Part shown: positions 1-8,116 of the stretch, piece by piece
Position numbering within the stretch: position 1 is the stretch's first letter
How the letters are laid out: every line of letters begins with the position of its first letter
Notes under the pieces: model-generated
The model's database searches: none
Told to the model about the DNA's origin: nothing
The model's input: only the letters and a program-made list of their open reading frames with translations
Made by a program: the position numbers and the translations under genes
IMG/VR virus record: IMGVR_UViG_2895319678_000007
Source: a virus
Strand: one strand, 5' to 3'
Length of the DNA stretch: 64,000 bases

Positions 1-1
1 C

Positions 2-1120
2 ATGGGCGTTCAGGGATGCCTTGTCCATAGTTATGCAACGCGATCTGGTGTCGGAAAAACAACGTCCGCACGTCTGGCGATATCGATTTGGGGTCGTCCC
101 CAAGTCGATGGCGGCAGTGGCATTGAAGGTCTGACACGTGATACCGCAGTTGCCCTGTATCGACGACTCGGCGAATTAAACGCCATCGCCATGTGCATTG
201 ACGAAATCACGGAACGTAAGGGCAAAGAACTCACGGATTTTGTCTATTCCATCACACAAGGACGCGACAAGGACAGAGGGTTACCGAATACGAATCGTTT
301 GCAGGAGAATAATGGTTCCTGGACAATGGCGGTTTTATCAACAGGAAACTTATCACTGACACAACAACTGGTAAACATGAACGCACTGTCTGAGGCGCTT
401 AACGCGCGTGTCATTGAACTGGACATGAGCAATCTACCAAGCCTGTGGGGACGCAACAACGAGAACAAAGAATTCGTTGAACAAACGTTTATGTTAGCCC
501 GTACCCTTCATGCAGGGGCCGCAGGGCGATTCTGGTTACGAAACCTCATGCGGAATATGGATTTGGTGAAAAAACTCTGTGAGGACGTAAGTCGGGAATG
601 TCAGGAGTTCTTTGATTTTACACAAAAAGAACGTTACTGGACATGGACAGTCTCACTGGGGATCGCCGGATTAATTATCGGTAAAGAGCTGGGTATATGG
701 GATTTTGATGTAGGGCGGGTGATGACCGCAGTCAAAGCCCAGTTAGAGCGGATACGAGTCAACGTCGAGCAAGATAAAATTACACCGGCAAGTATCTTTG
801 AGCACTTTATTTCGGCCACCTTTGAGAACCGGCTGGAAATCCGGGCAGCAAACACCCCGATCCTGTCGAACCAGCTCCCCTCGAAAGAACTCGGTTTACG
901 TCAGGAAAATTACAGCCATAAATTATTTATTAATAAAGGTTTCGCACGGCGTTGGTGTGAAAGTAATAACTATCCTTTTGACCTGTTTAAAGAGCACATG
1001 AAGATACTGCGTGCACGTGATACCCGTAAACACATGCTGGAAGGCGTTACCAGTATTCCGTCAAAATCAAAAAGGCCCAATGTTTGGGAACTTGATCTGA
1101 GAGGAGAAACCCATGACTAA
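2..1120 (+). CDS. C-terminal part of phage primase-helicase (DUF927/Cch-like NTPase), 5'-truncated by the window edge
   Basis: Walker A GVGKTT, Walker B AMCIDE, ITQGRDK motif; follows the phage replication genes if the element is circular. Confidence 0.8.
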   Translation: MGVQGCLVHSYATRSGVGKTTSARLAISIWGRPQVDGGSGIEGLTRDTAVALYRRLGELNAIAMCIDEITERKGKELTDFVYSITQGRDKDRGLPNTNRLQENNGSWTMAVLSTGNLSLTQQLVNMNALSEALNARVIELDMSNLPSLWGRNNENKEFVEQTFMLARTLHAGAAGRFWLRNLMRNMDLVKKLCEDVSRECQEFFDFTQKERYWTWTVSLGIAGLIIGKELGIWDFDVGRVMTAVKAQLERIRVNVEQDKITPASIFEHFISATFENRLEIRAANTPILSNQLPSKELGLRQENYSHKLFINKGFARRWCESNNYPFDLFKEHMKILRARDTRKHMLEGVTSIPSKSKRPNVWELDLRGETHD

Positions 1121-1661
1121 ACCCTCGACACGAAAAAAATCGGTGATCCCGTCTGCCGATACCTTGCAGGAGATCCCCATTGAGCCGAAACAAAGCAAAG
1201 CGCCCCGGAATAAACAACCGTATGTTTCACCGGATACGTTGCAGAAGTCCGCACAATTAGAAACACAGGCAGCTCTCTTACGTTCTGCCACGGAAGACGT
1301 TGCGGTTGCGGTAAACCATCCGGCACCACCCGTACCAGAAGCATTGATAAAACCGTCGGTGACAGCGGCACCCATCGTTCAATCTGAACCCGCGTTTGAT
1401 ACCCAGCTTATGTCACAACTCGTGGCGGCGTTAGCGCAACAGCAGCCATTAAAGACACCGCGTCTTGTGACCTCTGGCGTCGTGAACTATATGCACGTAC
1501 TGAAAGATATTGATGCAGTTGAGTTTGATCAAAAACTGGATGATCTCCATGCCATGTTACAGGCTCGTGCGAGTGCCCGGAGTGAAAATGCCAAACGCCT
1601 GCAAAATATGACACTGGCTATGCATATTTATCAGGAATTTACGGAACTCTGGCCCCGTTAG
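1113..1661 (+). CDS. Hypothetical phage protein with basic, Pro-rich N-terminus
   Basis: 182-aa ORF overlapping the primase stop, SD GGAG upstream. Confidence 0.65.
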   Translation: MTKPSTRKKSVIPSADTLQEIPIEPKQSKAPRNKQPYVSPDTLQKSAQLETQAALLRSATEDVAVAVNHPAPPVPEALIKPSVTAAPIVQSEPAFDTQLMSQLVAALAQQQPLKTPRLVTSGVVNYMHVLKDIDAVEFDQKLDDLHAMLQARASARSENAKRLQNMTLAMHIYQEFTELWPR

Positions 1662-1730
1662 TACGGATACCTTCATGCCACTTCTGACCACCAATGCTGA
1701 GGAGTGGCCCATTAAAAAGGAAAAATCACG

Positions 1731-2294
1731 ATGAGTGTTGTGCTCTACGATGCCCAAGAAAATTGTTTGTATGCGGATTCCATTTGTGTCGATAACTATC
1801 ATCGCATGACGGTTCAAAAAGTGTTTACTTACCACCTGGATCGTACAAATGATGATGAACGCGGATTAGCGGGTTTTGTTGGTGACCCCTCAATAGGTTA
1901 TGCGCTTATTCATGCCTATCGGTGCGGCGGGATGAATTTCTGCGAACAAACCCGCACAGAATTGCTGACGCATTTCCGAGATTCTGAGGAAGGGGATACC
2001 GGAAATATATTGATTATCCCTGAAAAACAGCCGTATATGTGGGTAACGTCGGGACTTTCTGCCCCCTTTTTCCCCGTACCAAAACAACGGATAGTGATTG
2101 GTGATCCACAAATAACCTCACGGGTATACAGCAATCTTGATCATGGTATGTTGCCAAAAGAGGCCATAGAAGATGCCTGTTGTGTCAGTAAAAAATTTGA
2201 TGCGGTGCATTTGGTTTCAGAGCCGGTTATCCATATTTCGATCTCATCACCGAATACAGAAATGCTTATCAATTTAAATGATGTTGTTAGATAA
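1731..2294 (+). CDS. Ntn-hydrolase / HslV-proteasome-beta-like protein
   Basis: N-terminal S-V-V-L...ADS...QKV...LAGFVG pattern parallels HslV T-T-I...GDG...KKV...IAGFAG. Confidence 0.55.
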   Translation: MSVVLYDAQENCLYADSICVDNYHRMTVQKVFTYHLDRTNDDERGLAGFVGDPSIGYALIHAYRCGGMNFCEQTRTELLTHFRDSEEGDTGNILIIPEKQPYMWVTSGLSAPFFPVPKQRIVIGDPQITSRVYSNLDHGMLPKEAIEDACCVSKKFDAVHLVSEPVIHISISSPNTEMLINLNDVVR

Positions 2295-2446
2295 ATATGC
2301 TTTTTATATAAATAAAACAGCGTTAAAAACAATTGATTTCACTAAACAAAAGATAAATATTCTGAATCATTTCCTTTCTAATCCTCTGAACACACTATAG
2401 TTAGCATAGACACCTTACTTGTTGCCAGATAAAAAAGGATAATATT

Positions 2447-2881
2447 TTGAAATATAAAATTATTATGACTCGTTCTCTTAGTACACTTGTTCTTATTTTT
2501 GTCAGTATGGCAACTTATGTGAGCGTATCCTATGCAGAAACATTCAATAAGGCACAAACAATTCAGAAAGCATTGAAAGAAACGCAAGAGAAAGTTATGG
2601 AACTCAATACGAATCTACCAAAAAGGATTAATGAATATGTGATACTGGAAAAAGTGGAAGCAGATAATATAGGACTGGTTTATATCTTAACAGTATTAAT
2701 GCCTATCACGAAAGAAATAAAAAATGAAATTAATGCCGCTATGCTTAGTACGATTAAGTCCTCCTGGTGCAAAGAAAGCTGGTTTAATAATTCGCTTTAT
2801 TCACCAATGATTTCTTTTTTTTACAAGGGGTCTGGGAACACACAAGCCATCGTTATGGTGAACAAATATGATTGTAAATAA
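2447..2881 (+). CDS. Secreted/periplasmic protein (moron)
   Basis: AT-rich ORF, hydrophobic N-terminus ending in SYA (signal peptidase I-like), two Cys; start may be ATG 2465. Confidence 0.65.
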   Translation: MKYKIIMTRSLSTLVLIFVSMATYVSVSYAETFNKAQTIQKALKETQEKVMELNTNLPKRINEYVILEKVEADNIGLVYILTVLMPITKEIKNEINAAMLSTIKSSWCKESWFNNSLYSPMISFFYKGSGNTQAIVMVNKYDCK

Positions 2882-2913
2882 GCTATTCCGTTCCTAAACT
2901 GAAGGTAGAGTAC

Positions 2914-3093
2914 ATGAACGACGAATTTTTCGAATTATTAGGTTTTTTGGTTATGGGACTGGCTTTATTGGGGTGGCTAACCTCGATAATATCAGATGCT
3001 TATCATAAACTAATTTGGTGGGTTATCGTTGATATTACTACGTTTCCTTTGGGGGTACTGAGAGGGTTCGGAGTGTGGTTTGGTTTTATTTGA
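2914..3093 (+). CDS. 59-aa two-TM membrane protein (not in ORF track)
   Basis: Hand translation MNDEFFELLGFLVMGLALLGWLTSIISDAYHKLIWWVIVDITTFPLGVLRGFGVWFGFI*, SD GAAGG upstream. Confidence 0.7.
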   Translation: MNDEFFELLGFLVMGLALLGWLTSIISDAYHKLIWWVIVDITTFPLGVLRGFGVWFGFI

Positions 3094-3117
3094 GTAAAAG
3101 TCTTCTGATAGGATGAT

Positions 3118-3236
3118 CCCCCCTCCCTGCTAAGCCATGAGCGAAGCGAACCTTCTGCACGGAACGCGTTCGTACTCGACAGCATAATGTCTTTGATGAG
3201 ATTTAGTCGCGTTGGTTTTAAAATTGATGCGTTGTA
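3118..3236. repeat. Copy 1 of a ~118-bp imperfect direct repeat (ssi/primosome-site-like)
   Basis: CCCCCTCCCTGCTAAGCC(A/G)TGAGCG(A/G)AGCGAAC...TGTCTTTGATGAGAT aligns with 7555-7673 at roughly 80% identity. Confidence 0.85.
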
Positions 3237-3425
3237 CACTCAACAATATGAAATATATTATTTATTTTAACGTTATGGAACTTTTGGATGCATCGGGCGA
3301 AATACCCCTTAATCAAAATTTTCAAAATAAAAAATAATACACTGGCAAGTCTATTTCAATTTTGACTTATATGTTAAGTTAACCACCTCTTATTAAATCA
3401 TTAAAATAACTAGGATGGTGATTTT

Positions 3426-3905
3426 ATGTCATATATGATTTATCTATCGTTAAACGGTAAAAAACAAGGTCTGATATCTTCTGGATGCTCAACTCTCGAT
3501 TCCATCGGAAATCGATATCAAAAAGGACATGAGGATCAAATACAGGTACTTAGCCTAAATCATACTATTACACGAGAACAAAATGTCAGCCATCAACCTA
3601 TACAGTTTATTAAACCCGTAGATAAGTCATCACCACTATTGGCAATGGCTATAGACTCCAACGAATCGCTAGACGGTAAATTTATTTTTTACAGAACTTC
3701 TCAGTCTGGGCAATTAGAGTTGTTTTATGAGATTAAAATAACTGACGCTACTATCACTGATGTTTCTTGTGTATACCCTCACTCTATCAATAACTTCGAT
3801 GCCATCCCACATGAAAGGGTTTTCCTAAATTACAAATCCATCGCATGGAATCATATAACCGCTGGTACATCAGCATATAGCATATGGGAAGATAGAAATT
3901 ATTAA
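3426..3905 (+). CDS. hcp: Orphan T6SS tube protein Hcp (TssD)
   Basis: IYLSLNGKKQGLISSGC, HEDQIQVL, KPVDKSSPLL, Y.IKITDATI, E...LNYKSIAWNH motifs; 159 aa. Confidence 0.93.
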   Translation: MSYMIYLSLNGKKQGLISSGCSTLDSIGNRYQKGHEDQIQVLSLNHTITREQNVSHQPIQFIKPVDKSSPLLAMAIDSNESLDGKFIFYRTSQSGQLELFYEIKITDATITDVSCVYPHSINNFDAIPHERVFLNYKSIAWNHITAGTSAYSIWEDRNY

Positions 3906-3910
3906 TAGAG

Positions 3911-3935
3911 TAAGCATAGCATTTTGCTATGCTTA
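3911..3935. terminator. Bidirectional hairpin between convergent hcp and DUF1240 gene
   Basis: TAAGCATAGC-ATTTT-GCTATGCTTA. Confidence 0.65.
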
Positions 3936-4367
3936 TTTACATAACGATATGTTTTTCACATACTTATTAGTTTCCATCCATGATGTTTTATCACATAAGA
4001 AATAATTTTCACTTTTCAATTTAAATTCAACATAAAAAGAAAAAACCAAAGTAAAAACAAAACCAATTACAACCATAAAGGTAAATAATCCGCCCAATTT
4101 ATTACTCGAATTAACCTTTTTTTTATTAATTAACGCTATATTTTTTTTACTTAAAATAGACTTAAAAAGAAGTAAAGATATATACATACATAGTGGACTA
4201 AACCAAATAAACCAAGCGCTTCTTATTGAGAATGTAATAATATCACTTCCAGTTAAAAGACCTACATAATCAATTATAGAGGCTAAAGCCCCCAATATAG
4301 ATGCACCCATAAATATGAGTGCCGAAACAGAAATCTTCACTTTCGAAGGAGAATTTATATTATCCAC
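3933..4367 (-). CDS. DUF1240-family membrane immunity protein (Tmi-like), cognate copy
   Basis: Three hydrophobic segments, C-terminal FKLKSENYFLC...NKYVKNISLCK; overlaps the effector stop. Confidence 0.8.
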   Translation of the reverse strand: MDNINSPSKVKISVSALIFMGASILGALASIIDYVGLLTGSDIITFSIRSAWFIWFSPLCMYISLLLFKSILSKKNIALINKKKVNSSNKLGGLFTFMVVIGFVFTLVFSFYVEFKLKSENYFLCDKTSWMETNKYVKNISLCK

Positions 4368-5253
4368 GTAGAGATCTCCCCCACATATTGAAAAATTGAT
4401 CGGGATGATAAGGTGTAGGAGGCTTCGCTGTTCTTTTTTCTTTCAATTTTTTAATTATAGATTCACTGATTTTTAATTCATTATCTAACTCCATTAATCC
4501 CCAAACGACAATAGCTCCAACTACAAAAACACCAAACGCTATAGCAGTAGCACTCAAAGCTGTGGTAATAACGAGCGAAGTTGCTCCTGTAATTGCCAAC
4601 CTAGCTATTGTGGTTCCTATAATCAACTTTGCCATATCCATTGATAAATTAACAAAAAAATCTGTTAATTCATATTCATCCTTAAGTAATAGTTCTACTG
4701 CTCTATATGCAGCGGAGAATACAATACAAAATTTAACACCTGAAACAAGACTACTTTCCATAGCGACAGAACCTACACCAACCTCCATTATTTTTTTATT
4801 TTTTATAAGATATCTTGTTGAATTTAAATATTTTCTTACCCCAGGAGTGTCTGTTAATTTTATATACCTCACTCCATTTTTTCCTAAATATTCTATAGCC
4901 TTTACGCCTTTACCTTTTAATTCATTTACTATATGAGTCATTATACCAATATCTATAGGTTTAAAATTTGATGCTACTTTTAAAACTCCTGGAATATCTC
5001 TAATGTTCCCTGCAAAATTTGAAAGGACATCAGTGGTTGGATAAACATTATCCCGAATAGATTTCATATTACCTTCTAACTCTTTCAAAAAAAGTATAGC
5101 TTCATCTTGATCTAATATAGCGTGGTAATCTATGTTTTCATTTAATTGTTTTTTTAGGTCTTTATAATTAATGTGATCCATTTGCTTTTTAAAATTCGCT
5201 TCATAGTTGAAATCATCTTCAACCCATGTTCTTAATCTTGGATCATATTTCAT
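4360..5253 (-). CDS. Tme-like membrane-disrupting T6SS effector
   Basis: YIKLT.TPGVRKYLNSTRY motif, long C-terminal hydrophobic helices, immediately upstream of DUF1240 and beside hcp. Confidence 0.7.
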   Translation of the reverse strand: MKYDPRLRTWVEDDFNYEANFKKQMDHINYKDLKKQLNENIDYHAILDQDEAILFLKELEGNMKSIRDNVYPTTDVLSNFAGNIRDIPGVLKVASNFKPIDIGIMTHIVNELKGKGVKAIEYLGKNGVRYIKLTDTPGVRKYLNSTRYLIKNKKIMEVGVGSVAMESSLVSGVKFCIVFSAAYRAVELLLKDEYELTDFFVNLSMDMAKLIIGTTIARLAITGATSLVITTALSATAIAFGVFVVGAIVVWGLMELDNELKISESIIKKLKEKRTAKPPTPYHPDQFFNMWGRSLRG

Positions 5254-5269
5254 TTTATAACTCCTTTTT

Positions 5270-5378
5270 ATTATTTATATCATTTTAATTACATTTATAT
5301 TTTATCGGATTCAGATATTTTTTCTTTAGTTTTTCTGCATTATTGAGAACTTTATCCATTTTACTTTCCAGTGCCTTT
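5270..5378. repeat. Duplicated upstream segment, copy 1 (copy 2 at ~6040-6143)
   Basis: TTTTAATTACATTTATATTTTATCGGATT...GCATTATTGAGAACTTTATCCATT..ACTTTC.AGTGCCTTTA in both copies. Confidence 0.85.
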
Positions 5379-5560
5379 AGAGTTATTTTATGAAGTTAAA
5401 ATAACCGATGATACTATCACTGATGTTTCTTATGTATATCCTCACTCTATCAATAACTTCGATGCCATCCCACATGAAAGGTAAATTACAAAGCCATCGC
5501 ATGGAATCATATAACAGCAGGCACATCAGCCTATAGCATATGGGAAGATAGAGTATTGTA
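5376..5560 (+). pseudogene. hcp: 3' remnant of a second hcp with a frameshifting deletion
   Basis: Near-identical to 3715-3900 (CTCACTCTATCAATAACTTCGATGCCATCCCACATGAAAGG); lacks the 5' half and several nt after GAAAGG. Confidence 0.88.
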
Positions 5561-5591
5561 AAAATATAAACTAAGCATATATTACATATGC

Positions 5592-6020
5592 TTAGTTACA
5601 TTCATCCATATTCTTGACATATTTATTAGGTGCAATTAAAGATGTTCTGCTACATTTAACGTATCCAGATTTCTTTAATTTATGATCAACATATATAGAT
5701 ACAGGAAAACTAGATACAAAAGATAAAGCAAAAATAAGTATGCAAAAATTCAAAAACAAACCACTAAAAGGAGATGGTTTATTAACTAATAGATTTTTTA
5801 TTGCTGATATAAACATATAATAGACTATTGGTAGCCCGAAACATGCAAAAAAAACCCTCCAAGAAAAATATATTTTACTATTCATTTTAATTAATGATAA
5901 AAAATCAACCCAAGAAAAATATAAATATAGTGTTGTGATAAACAAGAAAAAAACTGACATCACAATACAGAAAATTCTATTAAATATACTTATGTGGATT
6001 TTTTTATCTTTATTATTCAT
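5592..6020 (-). CDS. Orphan DUF1240-family immunity protein
   Basis: Same architecture as 3933-4367; ends KLKKSGYVKC...NKYVKNMDECN; no effector upstream. Confidence 0.8.
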   Translation of the reverse strand: MNNKDKKIHISIFNRIFCIVMSVFFLFITTLYLYFSWVDFLSLIKMNSKIYFSWRVFFACFGLPIVYYMFISAIKNLLVNKPSPFSGLFLNFCILIFALSFVSSFPVSIYVDHKLKKSGYVKCSRTSLIAPNKYVKNMDECN

Positions 6021-6348
6021 ATCTTACCTTTAATTCCTTTTTATTATTTTAATTACATTTATATTTTATCGGATTTAGCTATTTTTTCTTTAGTTTTTCT
6101 GCATTATTGAGAACTTTATCCATTATACTTTCTAGTGCCTTTAAACAAATTCCACGATAAACAGTGTATAGCGCGGGAGTACACTCTATAGCTATAGCAA
6201 GTCCTGTTCAAAAAACAGGCTTAATGTACAATAATTTTCGATATCCAAACTGACCTTATAGTCAATATCAATAGTTAGTCTAACCAAATTGACCAGACCA
6301 ATGAAAGTAGTATACTTAAAAGTGTGAATTCATAAGAGAGGTCATTCT

Positions 6349-6594
6349 ATGGAAAAGATTAATATATATGATGCGAAAACTAACTTGTCCAGAATTGTTC
6401 AGGAAGTCGCTCGCACGGGTGAACCCGTGATGATTGCCAAGAATGGTCATACCCTGGTTAAAATCATTGCATACAGAGAAGATAAACCGAAGCGTAAACT
6501 GGGATTCCTCAAAGGTAAAGGTATCATTCCCGCCAATTTTGACGATATGAATGCCCCCGAACTTGTTGATATGTTTGAAGGAAAAGACTCTTAA
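6349..6594 (+). CDS. vapB: Phd/YefM-family antitoxin
   Basis: NIYDAKTNLSRIVQEV..GEPVMIAKNG; stop overlaps the toxin start. Confidence 0.88.
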   Translation: MEKINIYDAKTNLSRIVQEVARTGEPVMIAKNGHTLVKIIAYREDKPKRKLGFLKGKGIIPANFDDMNAPELVDMFEGKDS

Positions 6595-6995
6595 TGGATT
6601 TGCTGTTAGATACCAATATTTTGCTGTTTATGGTATATGAACCGGAAAAATTGCAAAGCGATATTGTTGATATTCTTGAAGATACAGACAAAACGCTTTG
6701 CTTTAGTGCGGCGTCTATATGGGAAGTCGTCATTAAAAGCAATCTGAACAAAGCTGATTTTTCCGTCGATCCCGAACAGTTCCGGGACGGACTGTTTGAG
6801 GCTGGTTTGATTGAAATTCCTATAAAAAGCGCGCATGTGCTTGTTGTGAACGATTTACCTGAAAAACTACATAAAGACCCGTTTGATCGGTTAATTGTCG
6901 CCCAGGCTAAGTATATCAAAATTCCACTGATCACAAGTGATAGAAAGCTGATAGATCTTGTTAGTGATTACATAACCGTGATCCCTAACAAATAG
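6594..6995 (+). CDS. vapC: PIN-domain toxin VapC
   Basis: LLLDTNILL, SAASIWE, HKDPFDRLIVAQA, LITSD. Confidence 0.92.
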   Translation: MDLLLDTNILLFMVYEPEKLQSDIVDILEDTDKTLCFSAASIWEVVIKSNLNKADFSVDPEQFRDGLFEAGLIEIPIKSAHVLVVNDLPEKLHKDPFDRLIVAQAKYIKIPLITSDRKLIDLVSDYITVIPNK

Positions 6996-7002
6996 TCAAA
7001 AT

Positions 7003-7040
7003 GGGGTTCGCTTGGAAAACGGAAAATATCCCACGCTAAA
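7003..7040 (+). mobile_element. Solo 38-bp Tn3-family (Tn21-like) terminal inverted repeat
   Basis: GGGGTTCGCTTGGAAAACGGAAAATATCCCACGCTAAA compared with Tn21-type GGGG...GAAAACGGAAAATAAAGCACGCTAAG; no partner or tnpA seen. Confidence 0.75.
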
Positions 7041-7111
7041 TGATTTAATTCTGCACAGTGAACTTTCCGAGGGAAAGGGCGAAAATCCCCTTTATAGAAG
7101 TAATAAATAGC

Positions 7112-7417
7112 TTAAAAAAAATAGATGCCTGAATATATTGCACACATACTCCCAATCATTGAGAATGGTTGAATCCGTATGACTCCAGTAAGGAAAATCC
7201 CAACGCTACCAACCAACACCGCTGAGCTTTTTCTATCAAAATGTCCAAAATGTCCAAAATGTCCAAAATGTCCAAAATGTCCAAAATGTCCAAAATGTCC
7301 AAAGTGGCCAATCGCTAATCCAATTAAAAAGTAAGGTAAGTATCCGGAAATAAAAAATAACACGGCAGAAATTAATCCAAATTTGAAATCATCCATTAAA
7401 TTATTACTCTTTGACAT
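7112..7417 (-). CDS. Small membrane protein with a (His-Phe-Gly)n loop
   Basis: Strong SD GGAGG; hydrophobic segments flank eight HF(G/D) units. Confidence 0.7.
   Translation of the reverse strand: MSKSNNLMDDFKFGLISAVLFFISGYLPYFLIGLAIGHFGHFGHFGHFGHFGHFGHFGHFDRKSSAVLVGSVGIFLTGVIRIQPFSMIGSMCAIYSGIYFF
7238..7309. repeat. 9-bp tandem repeat AAAATGTCC x7 plus one degenerate copy
   Basis: Counted directly; in frame within 7112-7417. Confidence 0.97.
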
Positions 7418-7554
7418 TATTTATCTACCTCCAGTGATCACTATGATGACATCGCGTTGAGAAAATCTTTCTATTATAAAATAGCGTATAAATTTAAACG
7501 AAAAATAAATTATTTAACAATAAGTTATGAAATATCATTGGGCGCAATATCCAG

Positions 7555-7673
7555 CCCCCTCCCTGCTAAGCCGTGAGCGGAGCGAACTTTTCTGCACGGA
7601 ACATGCTTGTACTCGATAGCATAGTGTCTTTGATGAGATCTGACCGCGCGGGTTTTGAGATTGAAGTGCTGTA
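7555..7673. repeat. Copy 2 of the ~118-bp repeat, next to the plasmid origin
   Basis: Contains GTGAGCG; aligns with 3118-3236. Confidence 0.85.
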
Positions 7674-7699
7674 AGGTTTTATTGTCTTCTGATTTTTTC

Positions 7700-8116
7700 T
7701 GAGCGGCGCGGCGTTAGCCGCTGCAAGCGAAGTCCTTTCTTTTTTATTGATGTTTTCCTGAATTTCTATTGTCACTGTTTTTCCTTTGAACAAAGTGAAA
7801 AGGACTAGCATATAGCGTTGGGGCCTTTCTTAGAGGCCCAACGCAATGCCATCCCTTTTTTTAAAAGGCTTTTTGTTCAGAAATAAGTTTCGAAATTAAC
7901 TGTATTTACGGATAACTATTCGAAATTAAATGGTGCTTTATTATCCAATCCGCACGTTTTAAGGCAGGAACTCCTTTTTTAGCAGAAAAAATGACATAAC
8001 CAATGGGAACGCGCCTATGTAAAACGAACAAAAAATGCGCTAATTCCAGGGTGAGAGCAACAGGAAAACCGCGCATGGGCACGGTTTCATTTGATAAAGC
8101 GATGACGCCAATCAGG
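7700..8116 (-). other. Probable CIS/ori region downstream of repA
   Basis: Non-coding; hairpin at 7815-7844, TTCGAAATTAA twice, AT-rich; expected position for the IncFII/I/L/M replicon family. Confidence 0.55.

Noticed and set aside
3177-3204. dif/XerCD-like core CGACAGCATAA-TGTCTT-TGATGAGATTT inside the repeat
   Set aside because: The XerD arm lacks TTATGT and copy 2 diverges further; too weak to call a pdif site.
3003-3239. ORFs 3003-3239 and 7566-7811 sharing LIKDxMLSST
   Set aside because: The similarity comes from the non-coding repeat; an indel and non-synonymous differences are present, and 3003-3239 overlaps the better 2914-3093 gene.
7238-7309. Short repeat array as CRISPR
   Set aside because: There are no spacers; it is a 9-bp coding VNTR. 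No CRISPR array or cas operon was seen, and the Cas4-like gene is a standard phage nuclease.
7805-7844. Resemblance to the T7 terminator (CTAGCATA...TTGGGGCCT)
   Set aside because: Partial word match only, no phage RNA polymerase is encoded, and the hairpin fits the plasmid origin region.
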